Under the pieces are notes generated by a model. It saw nothing but the letters and a program-made list of their open reading frames with translations, had not been told where the DNA came from and did not search any database. The position numbers were made by a program, and so were the translations under genes. Positions 24,301 to 37,600 of a stretch of 64,000 nucleotides of DNA are shown here, one piece after another; positions within the stretch are counted from its first letter, which is position 1; each line of letters begins with the position of its first letter. Source of the stretch: Hormiphora californensis (Eukaryota; Animalia; Ctenophora); assembly GCA_020137815.1 (NCBI GenBank), contig CM035356.1:2046001-2110000 (forward strand), written 5' to 3'.

Positions 24301-27300
24301 TAAATTAGGATGAAGGGTGGGTATTATAACATGTGGAGCTATGATGATGATGGCATGGTGATGTAACCGTGGAAATTAGGAAGTTTGTAATTGACTGGGA
24401 GTGTGATTGGGATCTACTCAATTAGAGAACACGTGAGATGGCCTGGGAACTAAGAAGAACTGAACGATAGATTGATCTCAGGTATCAGAGTATATGAAGT
24501 GAAATATAATTCCACATGCGATCAGAAGTGGGTAAGAATCAGAAGTGGATAAGAATTACAGAAAGCCTTGGATGGTACCGTAATCTGGGGTAACTTTGTT
24601 TTGCAGGGTAACTTTGGACACTTTCAAAATTTGGCTTTAGTCCAAAATTACCAACAGATAACGACAGATTTGGCATAATTTTTGGGTGTACAAGTAATCG
24701 ACCCACAAATGTCTAACTAACGGTACAAATATTTTTTTAAATTCTATGCTAATTAGCTCCTAATTAGGGGCAAACATAATTGATGTCAAAATCGCTAAAA
24801 ATGTTCAAATCAAAATGGGTACCATAGATTTGACCGGGCTAATGACCGAATCAAGTTTGCTCCATAGAGTGGAAGGGTTTCGATCAAATAATTCGGGGCA
24901 CCATTTTTCAAACCCGATCAATTACTTTAATTGAGACTAATAGGGGTGGCTAATGTTACCCCACCATATTTTGAATTTTGGGGTAACTTTGGACGGGGTG
25001 CCAAAGTTACCCCACACTACAGGTATTGAACTTTTGATGTCTGTAGAGTTGCCTTAGACCCTCTCTGAATTGTTTAGGGCCATATAACCAAGATTTAGCC
25101 CACTCCACGCCCATTTCCATCTATCTATTCGATAGGTTAGTGAAAAAACTAGGATTTGGACTATTTTATGGAGCTAAATCACAGAAATCCGGCCTGAAAC
25201 CCATCAAACTTCAATAATTTGGGGTTCCTCATCCATCCTGTAGCTTGTTAGATGGTATTGGATCTCTAGGAGAGTGTTCTTGTAGACAATCTATGCAGGA
25301 GCACAGGTACAGCCAAAATAGGTACTGGCTAAATAAAGGAGTTTTGAAAACTCCTTTATTTAGCCAGTACCCATAAGTAGACCACTTCCTGTCTATCCAA
25401 TTCAGCAAAAAGAACTAACACACTCGCCTAGAGGGCCAATACCATCTACCAAACTACAGGATGGATGAGGGACCCCAAATTACTGAAGTTTGATGGGTTT
25501 CAGGCCGGGTGTGGCAACCTCTAAATCAAGTCCGATTGAGCTGAAATTTTATTTGGTGGCTAGTTTCATCATTCCTCACACCCAAAAAAGTTGAGTCGAC
25601 ATCATTATTGGCCCATTTAAACCCCATTTAAACATTTTAGGTTCATTTATTTATCATTGCAAAATGTTTGGATTTATGTTTGTTCCAATATTACTATCGT
25701 GGGGTAACTTTGGACGGGTGTCCAAAGTTACCCCACCCTCATTCCAAAGTTACCCCATGCCCTAAAACCCCACTTACACTAAAATACACGTTAATTAATG
25801 TAATTAAATGAGATGGGACCAAAAATTTCACTAGTTATATCTGGTGTACTAGGTCTGGAACGGGATTATTTGGTTCAAAAATTTTCGAGTGTGGTTCTGG
25901 CAAGGAGTTATTTTAGGAGAATGCTAAAAAGTGGTACAAAGTTACCCCAACTTACGGTACCAGTGTGGAGATTACCCGGGGGTCAGGGGAGGGGGTCTAC
26001 ACAGATATTATATTCATTATTAGAGACATGCTCTGTTTGTGTCTCCTACAACATGCTGCCTGCACTGTACTATTTTAGGGCAGTATACAAGGGTAATAAT
26101 AGCACCTGTCACACTTCCGATACTATTCGAACACACACAACATATTGTGCTGCTGCATGCAGGACTGTCCCTATGTCTCTCCTGTCTGGCATCTGGTATC
26201 TGGTATATTTCTAATACTACTTCTTATTCTCCCCCCTGTCTGGTATGTTCTAGTAAGTGTCTGTCTGTCTGTCAGTCTGTCCGTGTGTCACAACACACAC
26301 GGAAAGCGTGCAAGTTAATTAGCATATGCACACACACAAGACATGTGTAATTCTGTTTAGAAGGCACACAGTGAACTGTGAAGTGTCACGGTCGAGTGAG
26401 CTGGCACTGCTGCAGTACTGTTGAATATATGTTACACACGTGTTCTCATGATTCCACGTCACTTCCGTCATGTACATGTGTTTCTATTAGACACACGTGA
26501 GATATTATATAGGTCGACAAAGTCATTATATTTTAATTACAAATGTCGCTCATTATACCCAGAATATCATCTTATTGTACCATATTAATTATTATGTAAC
26601 ATTTTAGTCACAAACTGGTCATAACCTGGTCATAACCTTGTACCAAATAATCTGAATCTTTTATGTTTTCCAGCGTATTATTTCATTCATTACGTGACTC
26701 AAACACATGATACACACCGTACATCTGGTATATTACAAGTCACAGTTCACACTCATCAGCTTACTCCTATACTTTCTCATACATCTCTCTCTTTCACTCG
26801 TTCTCTCTCCCTCTTTCTCCCTCTCTCTCTCTATCTCATTGCCTCGCGAAGACGTTCGAAGCTTCACACGCAGCTTTGTGAAGAAAATTAAGTACATAAT
26901 TCCCACATGAGCATATGTCGTTCTCATTGGGCATATGGTACCCATGAGAAATAAAATTGCTGGTGTGAAATTGTGAGATTCTTCGAAGTCATACAGGACA
27001 TCTCCCGACTCCCGCGTCGTAGGAAAATTTGTGCAGTAGTTGCCAACTTATTAATTTGTACGATGGGGGGGGGGGTGTCACGTACAAGATGGAATCTAAT
27101 TGAAGTTGACTATTTTAATGTCACGAACAGGCTCTATATTTTGCAAGGGCTGTTTAAGGGTACACCTCGGCAAAATTTTTGTCGAGTGCCCGCTTAGCTC
27201 TCCATATGGGGTTGTAGGGCATACCAAGCCGACCTCAAGTATGCAATTTTAGCCCTTAACTCGAATTCATATTTTTGCTACAGCCCCTCAAAGTTTGACC

Positions 27301-28937
27301 CTAAAAACCGGTTTTTAAGGTCCCTAAATTTTATTTTTAGGGCTAAACATGTTCAAATCTTAAAATACGATTTCTGAAAAAACGGTTAGACTTAGAGCAA
27401 AATGTCTAAGAGACGACCCCCCAAAAATCGGACCCGCTGAATCGATTTAGCACGAATTTAGATCGCTAGGACCTACCACTTTTGAGATATAGCCATTTTA
27501 AGTTTTCCTAAAATATGTGCTTTACAAAAAGAAACCTGTAGGCCACATTTCAAATTCGGACCTCCTGAAAATTTGTGGCTACTTTGACAATTGTTAGGAG
27601 CACCAAATATCCAATTTTTAGCCTTAACAGTCCATAGGAACATGTCCAAATATGGCCTCAAAGTCAAAAAAAGTAAAATAGTCTCAGACAAAAAATTGAG
27701 CTCCGTTTCAAAAAACTTTTGTTTGAGCTATACACCTTGGTATCCTCTATGAATCCCTAAATTTTCAGCTTTCTAGCCCTAAAAATAAAATTTAGGGACC
27801 TTAAAAACCGGTTTTTAGGGTCAAACTTTGAGGGGCTGTAGCAAAAATATGAATTCGAGTTAAGGGCTAAAATTGCATACTTGAGGTCGGCTTGGTATGC
27901 CCTACAACCCCATATGGAGAGCTAAGCGGGCACTCGACAAAAATTTTGCCGAGGTGTACCCTTAATCGGATTCATATCTCATTAAAATAACCGGTCGTTG
28001 TGGCGGACCGTGTGTTTTCCAGTGGTAATGAGATTGAGGGGCCAGTCATGGAAATACTCCCTCTCTCTCACACAGTACACACACACACACACACTCTCTT
28101 AACCTACTTCAAAATGTTTTCCTCCATAAACCGCTGCATTTCCAGAATGTATTTCTCGCTCGTCAGGAAGTCCTGGATGTGGTTGATGTACTGGATATCT
28201 GGGGAAAGAGAGTTAAACTTGGTAAATTGGTCAGAATTCTTGGAGTAGCACTTGGTAAATTGGTCAGAATAATATACGAGTTCTTGGAGACATGAAGGTT
28301 TCATTTCTCTCGCAAGTAATCTAGCGTACATCTTTTCTTTCTAAGGTTCTCAGAATGTAAACTGTCAACACATGTATCACATGGTACTACACTACTACTG
28401 TAGTAACACACGTGACACACTCTCAGAGGGGTGTGGCATCTCAGAACTTTCTGGTTCTCGTGATACAGGTGGGTATTATTCCCCTAGTGGTCCAGGTTTG
28501 CCCTCAACCATTGGGGGTACCGCAAAGGAGCTAGTACTTTCTGGATGCTACTACTAGTTTCATAATTTAGGTTGGTACTATAATTATAACAGGAGTGGCC
28601 GGTAGGGTGTAGGTATGATCTGACTATCTGTCAGGGGTGTGTCTAGAAAGGAGTGAGTTGTCTACGTGTATCCTACTCAACATCCAGCTTGAATACAAGT
28701 AGATTGCAAAGTTTTCTAGGGCATGACGACAATAATTATCTCGTCATTTTCTAAAAATTAGACGTTTTCTAGTAGGGCACTTCTCAGAAGAATAGAGAAA
28801 TGAGGAAGGTAGAGGAATGATAGATCCTCCAATTATACATACCGTATTTAGAAGACTGGAAGTGTTCAATGCTATCAATCAGTTTCTGGGCCTGGAAATA
28901 TGATCATGAGTTTCTTGTTTCTGTGCCTGTCTGTCTT

Positions 28938-28970
<33 letters not shown>

Positions 28971-31900
28971 TCTGCTTGACCTGCCGTTTCAGTCAACTCT
29001 TGGAAAAGTCAAGACATACATAATTGTTCAGTCTTTCCTGCGAGGTATTCTTACGAACTCTTTCTGAATGTCTGTAAGCAACATTATATGCTTTCTAGAA
29101 AGAAAGACTAGAGAGAGGGAGGGAGTAAGAGAGGAAAAGACAGAAAGATAGTGAGAAATAGTGAGAGAAATACAGACACAAACTGACGGGTTAGCTGACT
29201 ACAAAGTTAGTGGCAGATACAGCTCTAGTTACAGTAGCTCAAATTGACCAAAGTTAGAGCTTACCTTTTCCTCCTTGTGCGTCATTGGCAGCTTGGGGTG
29301 CGAGTAAGTTCCTGAAATCTGCTGTAGATACACTCCTGTAACAGAGAAATATATTTTATTGGGAGAGCTGTCTGCTTAATTGTAACAGAGGAATAATGGG
29401 GGGGGGTACTGTCTGCTTGAGTGAGACAAGCAGTTGTCTACAATCCTAGATGAGAGGGATTGCGGGGGATTGATTCACAATCATGTGAAAAATTGGAAAA
29501 TTGTACGTGACGCTAATGTTATGACGTGGAAAGAGGAAAGACAAAAGAGGAGGAAAGATAATAAAAAACCGTTCCGATTCAGTCCATTAATTTAGGCAGT
29601 TGTTTCCCACAACATGCAGCCTTCTTTTATCTTGTGTCTGATAAGACAATAATAACGTTAGAACAAGCTCTTCCGGTCTGCTGTTGCAGATAAACTCATT
29701 TTAACGCTCTCAGCTCCAACCCCAGATAACACGTACTAACACAAATATACATGCACCACTGCAAATTCTGCTCAGTACTATTACACAATAACAATCATGT
29801 GATGTAGCTGTAAAACAGCTATCTGTGTTGTGATCTACTAAACCCCTCTCAATCACACCCCTCCTCTCTTTGCCAAACCCTTGAGGGTCATTAGCACTAC
29901 CCTATAAACAGGTGCTAAGATAACCTAATCAGGTATGTGTGTTTATGAGACAGGGGTCTAAAATAGGTCGCCCCGTACACACCGAAAATATTAGGTTGTC
30001 CCAGAAAGAATGTCGTGTCCCGTTTTCTCGAAGTTGGCCCATCGATTTCGATTTAAAACTTTTCTAGCTCGTTCATTTAACCCTTGACTCTATGAAACAA
30101 GTGTCTATTTTGAAAAAATTGATTTTCGACGCACCCTGGCGAACCCGGAAACAAGCGAGCTAAAATTTCCGCTGAACGAGAAATATGCGCATGTTGAAAA
30201 CACTGCTGTACTTTTTCCTGTGAGTGTCTGTAAGATATTACACTACCCCAAGCTTGTTTATTGGACAATTCTCTATCGTTTGAGTGGTGGATGAAGACAC
30301 AGGTCAGAATTGTTGCTGAGCTATGGAGCTCTAAAAATTTTTGGTCAAAATCTGAAATTTCCACTTCCGGGCCACTTCTGAGTTCATTCGATTGGTGTAT
30401 TGACATTCTTTTTGCAGCTTTGAATAGTCCCGACTAAGCTTTTAGTCATAGCGATGTTGGCGATTTGATTTGGTAATGTTTGAAGATGAAATTTGGAAGT
30501 TTTTGAAAGTAGCCTAAAAACAGGTCAAAAACAGGGGTTAAATTTTTGATTTTTTCGCTTTTGCACAGTATATTAGCTTTGTCTGACGCTTCCACAGGTT
30601 GCGTCGAGACTAAAATCGCATAGGTTCCTTAACTTTGGACAATTTGCTATCGTTTGGTGCCATTTGGAGTTCTAAAAGCTCAAAGGGCATTATTTCAGAG
30701 ACGTTTTAAGAATTGGAAAACCTCCGTTCAGCGGCACCTCGACTTTGGGTTTCAAAATACCGAATTACAAACGGATGAAATGAGCATTTGAAATTTTGGA
30801 CACGTTCCTGAGTTAGGAATCGCCATATTGACAAGATAGAACTGGTTAGAAGTCTCTAACCCATGTATTTCTCCTAAAAATCGGTACACGACATTCTTTC
30901 TGGGACAACCTAATATACTTAGTGCAGCATTGTTGCAAAGAGAGGTTATACTGCAAATAACACGTCGTGTGTTCTGTACATGTTCGTTTGAGTAATAACA
31001 ACGGAACCGGGCTGGTGCGATGGGAAAATATATACAGGGCTATATGTGGTCTTGCTAAACATACAGCTTCCTGTTAGGACCAGTTTAGGTTCTTGCTCAG
31101 TAACCATGACACGAACATGACGTGTGAATTGGGCGTGAATTTGAAGGGGGTTTGAAGCGAGTTTTTAGCTGCTAACAACTGTAACAGCTAGAACAGTAAA
31201 ACCATATTATTCAAGGAAACACGGTGACTTTTGGGGCTGTGGCATTGCCACCACGCACGAACAAATCTGGTTAAAAAGACAATTTATGGACGACAGCAAA
31301 TCACAATATCCCTGTTACTAACCAAGATGGGGTATTGCTGGAGGGAGGGTGTTATCCAGTATCTCCTTGAGCTGTTTCCAGTTCCCAGCTGATAGATCAA
31401 CATACGATTTAAACAGATTCTTCTCCTTTTTACTCACCAACTAAAGAAGGACAGGGATGTATTAATTACGTTTACCAAAGGGACCGGAAGAGGAAATCAT
31501 GATAGAAAAACCTTACTCTGGTACTATTGTAGAATTAAAAATATTTGTCATCTTTAGGACATCTTTACCTCCCAAGTGTTGTGAAGACGAAAGACAGCGT
31601 TGATATTGATGCCCATGATCACTGCCACAAGAGAATGGTAGTTCCGTAGTTCTTCCAGACACTGAGAGAGAGAGATGTAGATATAGAAGTGGGGAGAGGG
31701 ATGTATTAGAAATTATAAACCTGGGAAATATTGATAGAGATATTGACAAACCTTTGACATCCTAAGGAAGTATGAGATCTTGTCAGCACGAAGTTTGGGT
31801 GTCAGTTCCTTGAGAATTTCCCCTGCGACCCAGTAGGAAACCTGTGAGAAAGTTCCAATTAATTATCGTAACTAATAATTTCATAGTTTCAGATGCAATT

Positions 31901-32345
31901 AATGTTACCTGATTAAATTGAGTTGTAAATTTATAAATGTTTGGTACAAGTTTTAGTTTCTCAGCTTCCTTTTTCTCCCAGCCTCGAGACCACAGCTCCC
32001 CCGTACAGATACATTTAAAACGGTCCACATCACATAACGTTATCTGACGCTGTATAAAAGGGCAAAGTGGTGTGACTTTTGCAAATCGTTATCAGCAGGT
32101 TAAAATGATGAAATATAACTCACCGCAAGAACATCTGGCTCAAGTTTAAAAAGGTCGAATAAGTTGGGATCGTACGCATAGACTGACTTGACGTGAACGT
32201 TCTGAAGACGATAAATATACAAATTAAAACTAATCGTTATCAAGCATATATTGGTGAACTATCAAATCTTGGTGAGAACAAACCTCAGTCCTTTTCCGTT
32301 TATCACAACGCCGATTATAATCCAATTCTTGCATTACGTTACCAT
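21338..32345 (-). CDS. RALGPS: RalGPS-type Ras-family GEF (CDC25 domain without REM, C-terminal PH); ~15 exons, start codon uncertain
   Basis: FDLFKLEPDVLA/RQITLCD..GWEKKE..VPNIYKFTTQFNQ/VSYWVAGEIL../LRNYHSLVAVIMG../PAIPHL; FLTSEKYILEMQRFMEENILK/LSFEREP; PH-like end GNIYKFKG..SWVTKL. Confidence 0.82.
22803..23162. repeat. 34-bp minisatellite, ~11 copies
   Basis: GAGAGATGGGGTTGGTTAGTGTTGTACTTGAAG(A/G) units. Confidence 0.95.
24578..25957. mobile_element. Tc1/pogo-like non-autonomous element
   Basis: TA TSD, CCGTAA..TTACGG ends, reiterated GGGGTAACTTTG motifs, internal inverted repeat ~25190-25510. Confidence 0.82.
27158..27961. mobile_element. Kolobok-like MITE
   Basis: TTAA TSD, purine termini GGGTACACCTCGG, ~190-bp inverted arms. 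Confidence 0.85.
29991..30913. mobile_element. mariner-like MITE
   Basis: TA TSD; TIR TTAGGTTGTCCCAGAAAGAATGTCGTGT. Confidence 0.88.
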
Positions 32346-33116
32346 CTCTGTTCAAAACAATACATCCGTCAGTCATCTATGATCTTCAGGGTGGTTTCGA
32401 TTTAATAATAGATTCCATGGGAGCATGTTTTGGTGGGACTATGGCCTAAAATTTTTAGGCAAAAAAGTTCGGGTACTCTGCCTAAATTGGAACTCTTGGG
32501 TGCCCTTATACCGACACCATATTTAAGTTTGCGGTAAGGTATCTGAACTAAAAATACAGTACGGTTGGTCTCTCATCAGTTAGCAGCTAAGCGGAGAAGC
32601 AAAGCGTTTGACTCGAGCGAAGCGTTTTGACTTTTGAAAACTTTTAAACGGCCGTGTTTTTTATTTTATTTAACTTGACCAGGCCACGCGCGCACAATCT
32701 ATATTTATTGCGCGCTATTTATTTGCGCGTTCCAAAAGTGACGTCATTGGATTCTTACGTTTTTCGACCGAAAGGACCTTTTCTAGTTGATTTTAAGAAA
32801 CGCAGATAAACAAATTCATGTAGTCTGAGATTTTTAGATGCAATGAAAATCAGTGGCATACATTAAGAAACATAAAAATCGTAAAAATTTTGTTTAATGG
32901 GCTCAAATGTGCACGCGTGGTCATATATGGTCACGTGTGTGATTTGACACCCAAGTAAACGCAATACTAAAGCCAGATAATCTCATAATTAAAGAGGATG
33001 CGAGAGTGCGTTCCACATAAACTAAACCAACGTGGAGAACAGCCTTAAAACAATTCAGAGGGAATTATGAGTTCAATATTATTTTTATAGCCCGACTGTA
33101 ATTTTGTAACAACAAG

Positions 33117-33151
<35 letters not shown>

Positions 33152-33292
33152 TCTCTCTCACTCTCTCTTTCACTTTTTCCATAATACACAATTCAACAAA
33201 ATGAGTCTCAAACACACATCATTATATTTTTAAACATATTATATGCCTATATTGCAATATTTTGTCCCCTTTTTGCAACTAATTTCCACTGA

Positions 33293-34113
33293 TAGTTAGG
33301 AACACTATTGGTGCGCGGTCGTGCCCACGGAAGGAGTGCTTGGATCATCTTGAAACCGGTTTTAAGTTAACTAATGCATATCCAAAAGTGTCTGTAGCTA
33401 TTTGGGTGATGTTCTGACAATCCAATCACGAGTTATGACGAAAAAACAGTCAAAAAAGACGTTTTAAAGTGCCAAAAGGGAGGATCTGAACACAGCCCTT
33501 ATATGAAGGGTTGGGGCTATGAAACTTCTTGAGTGGACAGAGAATCGTCCAAATTTGCAGTGCCAACTTTGGAATAGTTTCTATCTTTTGTAGTTATCTA
33601 ATTAGAGCCGTTCAAACATGTGAGACGATCTGCAAAACAGGGTGATTTGGTACTGTTTCCGCCCCATATTGCTTGCTCTCACCGCTTGTATGCTTTAATC
33701 TGCTCTCTAATTGGGTAAATCTCGTCAAGTGATCACTTCACAAGCAAAAATACCTAGTATTAGAGGCCCCTGCAGCATCGTCTCACATGTTTAAACGGCT
33801 CTAATTAGATAACTACAAAAGATAGAAACTATTCCAAAGTTGGCACTGCAAATTTGAACGATTCTCTGTCCACTCAAGAAGTTTCATAGCCCCAACCCTT
33901 CATATAAGGGCTGTGTTCAGATCCTCCTTTTTGTCACTTCAAAACGTCTTTTTTGACCGTTTTTTCGTCATAACTCGTGATTGGATTGTCAGAACATCAC
34001 CCAAATAGCTACAGACACTTTTGGATATGCATTAGTTAACTTAAAACCGGTTTCAAGATGATCCAAGCACTCCTTCCGTGGGCACGACCGCGCACCAATA
34101 GTGTTCCTAACTA
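33293..34113. mobile_element. Second copy of the 820-bp foldback, opposite loop orientation, TSD TGA
   Basis: Near-identical to 6155-6974. Confidence 0.92.
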
Positions 34114-34621
34114 TGATATTATGATCTACCTATGTCACCATGGCAACACTTCATCTCAGCGATTTAACCCGTGAGTGATAACTTCAAAAATATATTCTTC
34201 ACCGCCATCTCTCTCTCCTGATTGTTTTCATTATAATTAGTCACAAAATACATCCTCTCTCTTTCAGATCACAATAACCCATGTATCCTACAAGATATAT
34301 ATCTCACTCGGAGGAGAGATCATCAAGCACTTTCCTAGTTTGTCAGATATACGGTCCCAGTTCTCTGTTGGTATGCTGTGTACTGAGACGGAATTCAAAC
34401 GAGGTGACTGTGCTACCTAGTCGCTCTGCAAATTGACCTGAAATGAGGATTATTTATTGTTTATGCCTTTATTGAAGCAATAAACAGCCGAAATTTAGTT
34501 CAAAAGTTTCCCAAATCTACAGTTGTCCAAAATCCAAATCAGGGGCCAAAGCTAGCCCTTGCCTACTGACTCCACTATGTTGTGGCCACATACTAACCTA
34601 CAATTTTCCAGTGGAAGGCGC

Positions 34622-37600
34622 TCACAGGGCTTTCACTCTTTCCAGGGCTTCTGTAGCTCGCGAGGAGGGATTATTGCTGTTATTCCCTCTCGACCGTGTT
34701 CTGGTGTTCTGAAATAGGAAGAGTATAGTTAGCTGACAATAATATTAATTAATATTAATAGTTAGCTGAACAGCTAGGGATCGAGAGCTCGGAGGAGATT
34801 GGTGGGGTGTGATCACGAGAGGGGGAATGGATAAAAAACACTGTGCTAGATGGATGAACGGGGGATAAAATATCAACCCATATATGATCTCTGAAGATAA
34901 TACAAATTGCATTGAACCTACCCCTCCGGCGGGTGTGCTGGTGAGAATGTCGTTTAGGGAATCTCCATCATTCTTCTTGGGTGTTAGACCCGAACCCGTG
35001 TTGCTCCGTTTACCTTTCGCTCCATCTCCTGAAAACAGATAGAGTGATATTGGTAACATTTAAATTAGTAATAGTAAACACTGGTCTAATGTGTCGATGA
35101 AATTATTCATCAAATTCAAAACACACACATGGGTAATCTACAGATAAAACCCCGGGGACACAGTAAATAATTCGTTGGGGACACAGTAAATAATTCGTTG
35201 GAAAAACTTGATCATGATGATAAAAACAGCGTAATTAAGAGGGTTAATTAATTAGAATTTTGATGGTTAACACAGGCACCTCGCATTTCCTTCTGAGGCT
35301 TAGCACCACGCCGCAGGTTTGGTGATGATTTCCCACCTATTTTGTAGTACGTAATAAAACAAAATGGGAAACAAACCATTATGGGGACCATTTAATGATT
35401 CCACCCTTAGAGTTAGAGAGATTATCACTTTCTTGGGGCCCTTTGTTATAAGAATAAGATCCCAGCTACCTTTGTAGTAAAATTGATAGAAAGAGGTCAA
35501 AGGTTCTTACGTGGTTGACGTTGTTTTGTCCGGACGGGTCGGTCTCTATACGCCTTTCCGGTCTTGAGACCAATCAAAATGTCATCCAAGACACCCTCTC
35601 CCTCGCCTTGGTCATCGAGAATCTTGCCGTACCCCTTACTCCTATAAGGGAAGAGATTCTTGGTTATAAGGGGAGCGAACCAACCATAAATCATACAATT
35701 GGAGGGTTGGAGGGGTAAGCGGATATATCGAGTCAGATTGAATAATATGCATCCGATTGTGTACGTACGTCTCCTTTTCTTTTTCTCTCTTCATCTTCTC
35801 CATTTCCTTCATCTCCTTCTGTTTCTCCTCCCTCTTCTTGGCATCTCTGATCTTAGCGTTCTCAGCACGAGCAGCCTGGGGGAGGGGGAGTTTAGGGGGG
35901 GGGGGTGAGAGAGGGGGTTGGGATTGGGCAAGTAAATATGGGGCTATCATTATGGATCAATACACTTTATCTGGAAACGTTGGGGAAACGTTTTCTTTTC
36001 AAGCTCCCTCGCACATAAGATTCCGCTGTGAAACCAACCTCAAAGTCATTGCAGAAGGTAATAATGTCACTGAAGAAATCCTCGATATTCGTCTTCTTGG
36101 GGTCCTCACCATAGTACGTGATCAGCTCAGTCACGTATTTGCCCATACTCTGGTAGGCTGTCTCCAGTTTATTGTACTGATCCTCAGCCACCTCCAAGAA
36201 TGCAGACATCCGTGTTCCAAACTGGTCATCCAAACTGTTGGGGAGGGAGAGATTTGAGTTGGTTTATCGAGAAACATTTTATGGACAGGGGAGGTGGGGG
36301 TAATGTTCCTACCGAAACTAAGAGGGTATACAGTGTATTAATACACAGCAGTATCTAGTTCGGAGAGGGGAGGGAAATACAGATCCAGTTGAGCTTACAT
36401 ACCTTTCTGGAGTTTTATGGAATTCAAGCTCCCTTTTCAGGTTCCCCAAACTCTTCTTCATTCCCCTCAGCTGCTTTGACAACTGGTCATCACATACTCT
36501 CCTCGCTTTGGAGACACTCTTCAAATCGTCCTAGGGTAGAGGATCGTAAAGCAAATTAAATCCACACACTAACTCTCGATCTCCGAAGGTTTTACTATCA
36601 CTATGCCCTATGGTAACTATGGTAACTATTTACTATGGTAACTATGGTAACGTACCTTGAAGTTAACCCACTGTGGGTGTTTCGTTTCCAGAAGATCAGC
36701 TAAGAAGTGCAACATGTTCGTTCGGTTATCTTGAGTCTTCGTGTTTTGCAGCTATTGAGGAAGGGAAATTATTCATTAATTCTCTCTGTCAAAATTATAA
36801 TTTAGACAAGGAGAATGATAAAAGTATGGCGAATTGTAAAAAATGGTTGCTTGGAAACTGTTTGCTGTACCTTGGTGAGGAAGTTGAGTTTAAATCCGTA
36901 CGTTGAAGCGTTCCTTGATCCAGAATTCATGTAATTACCAATCAATAGAATCAACTGAAAAACAAAGTAGGTGTCACTTGCTGCAGTTTTTTATCATCAT
37001 AGATATGGTGTTTTTTTTCCTTCTTTTGGGGGGGGGGAATACTATCCCCCCCAAAGAAGGGGATAGGGGGGCACTCCGGTAAACAATCTTTGATGCTGAG
37101 AGTTCTCTTTATCAAACCCCTCACCTCGAGTGTTTTGGCGAACTTTTCTGACTCCCTAACTTCCTCACATGCAGCCATGACGTTAGCGATATCAGGAGTT
37201 AGCTCCTTGAGCTCCTCCTCGAACTTCTTTCGGAATACCATGGCTTGTAACCGGGGCTCAACCCGTGGAATGTTACTCAACTGAAGAAGAAGTAATTATC
37301 AGCTCAATAATATATATCATTGATTAGCCAAACATGACCAACCATGTTCTATCATACCAATGGACAATGAATCATTCTACTAAACACGTCTAAGCAACTG
37401 TCAACTAACCACAAATGCGAACTGTTCAGCAGGACAGAGATCGTCATATTCCCCCTTGAGCTGTCTAAGATTACCCATCTCCTCAGCCGAGGGCAGGTAC
37501 CGCAACATTGACTCTAGTACCGAGGGGCCTGAAAATAGAGAGTTGTTAACAGGAAATAGAGAGGTTAGGAGGAATACAAGGACATTGGGAGAAGAGGACC

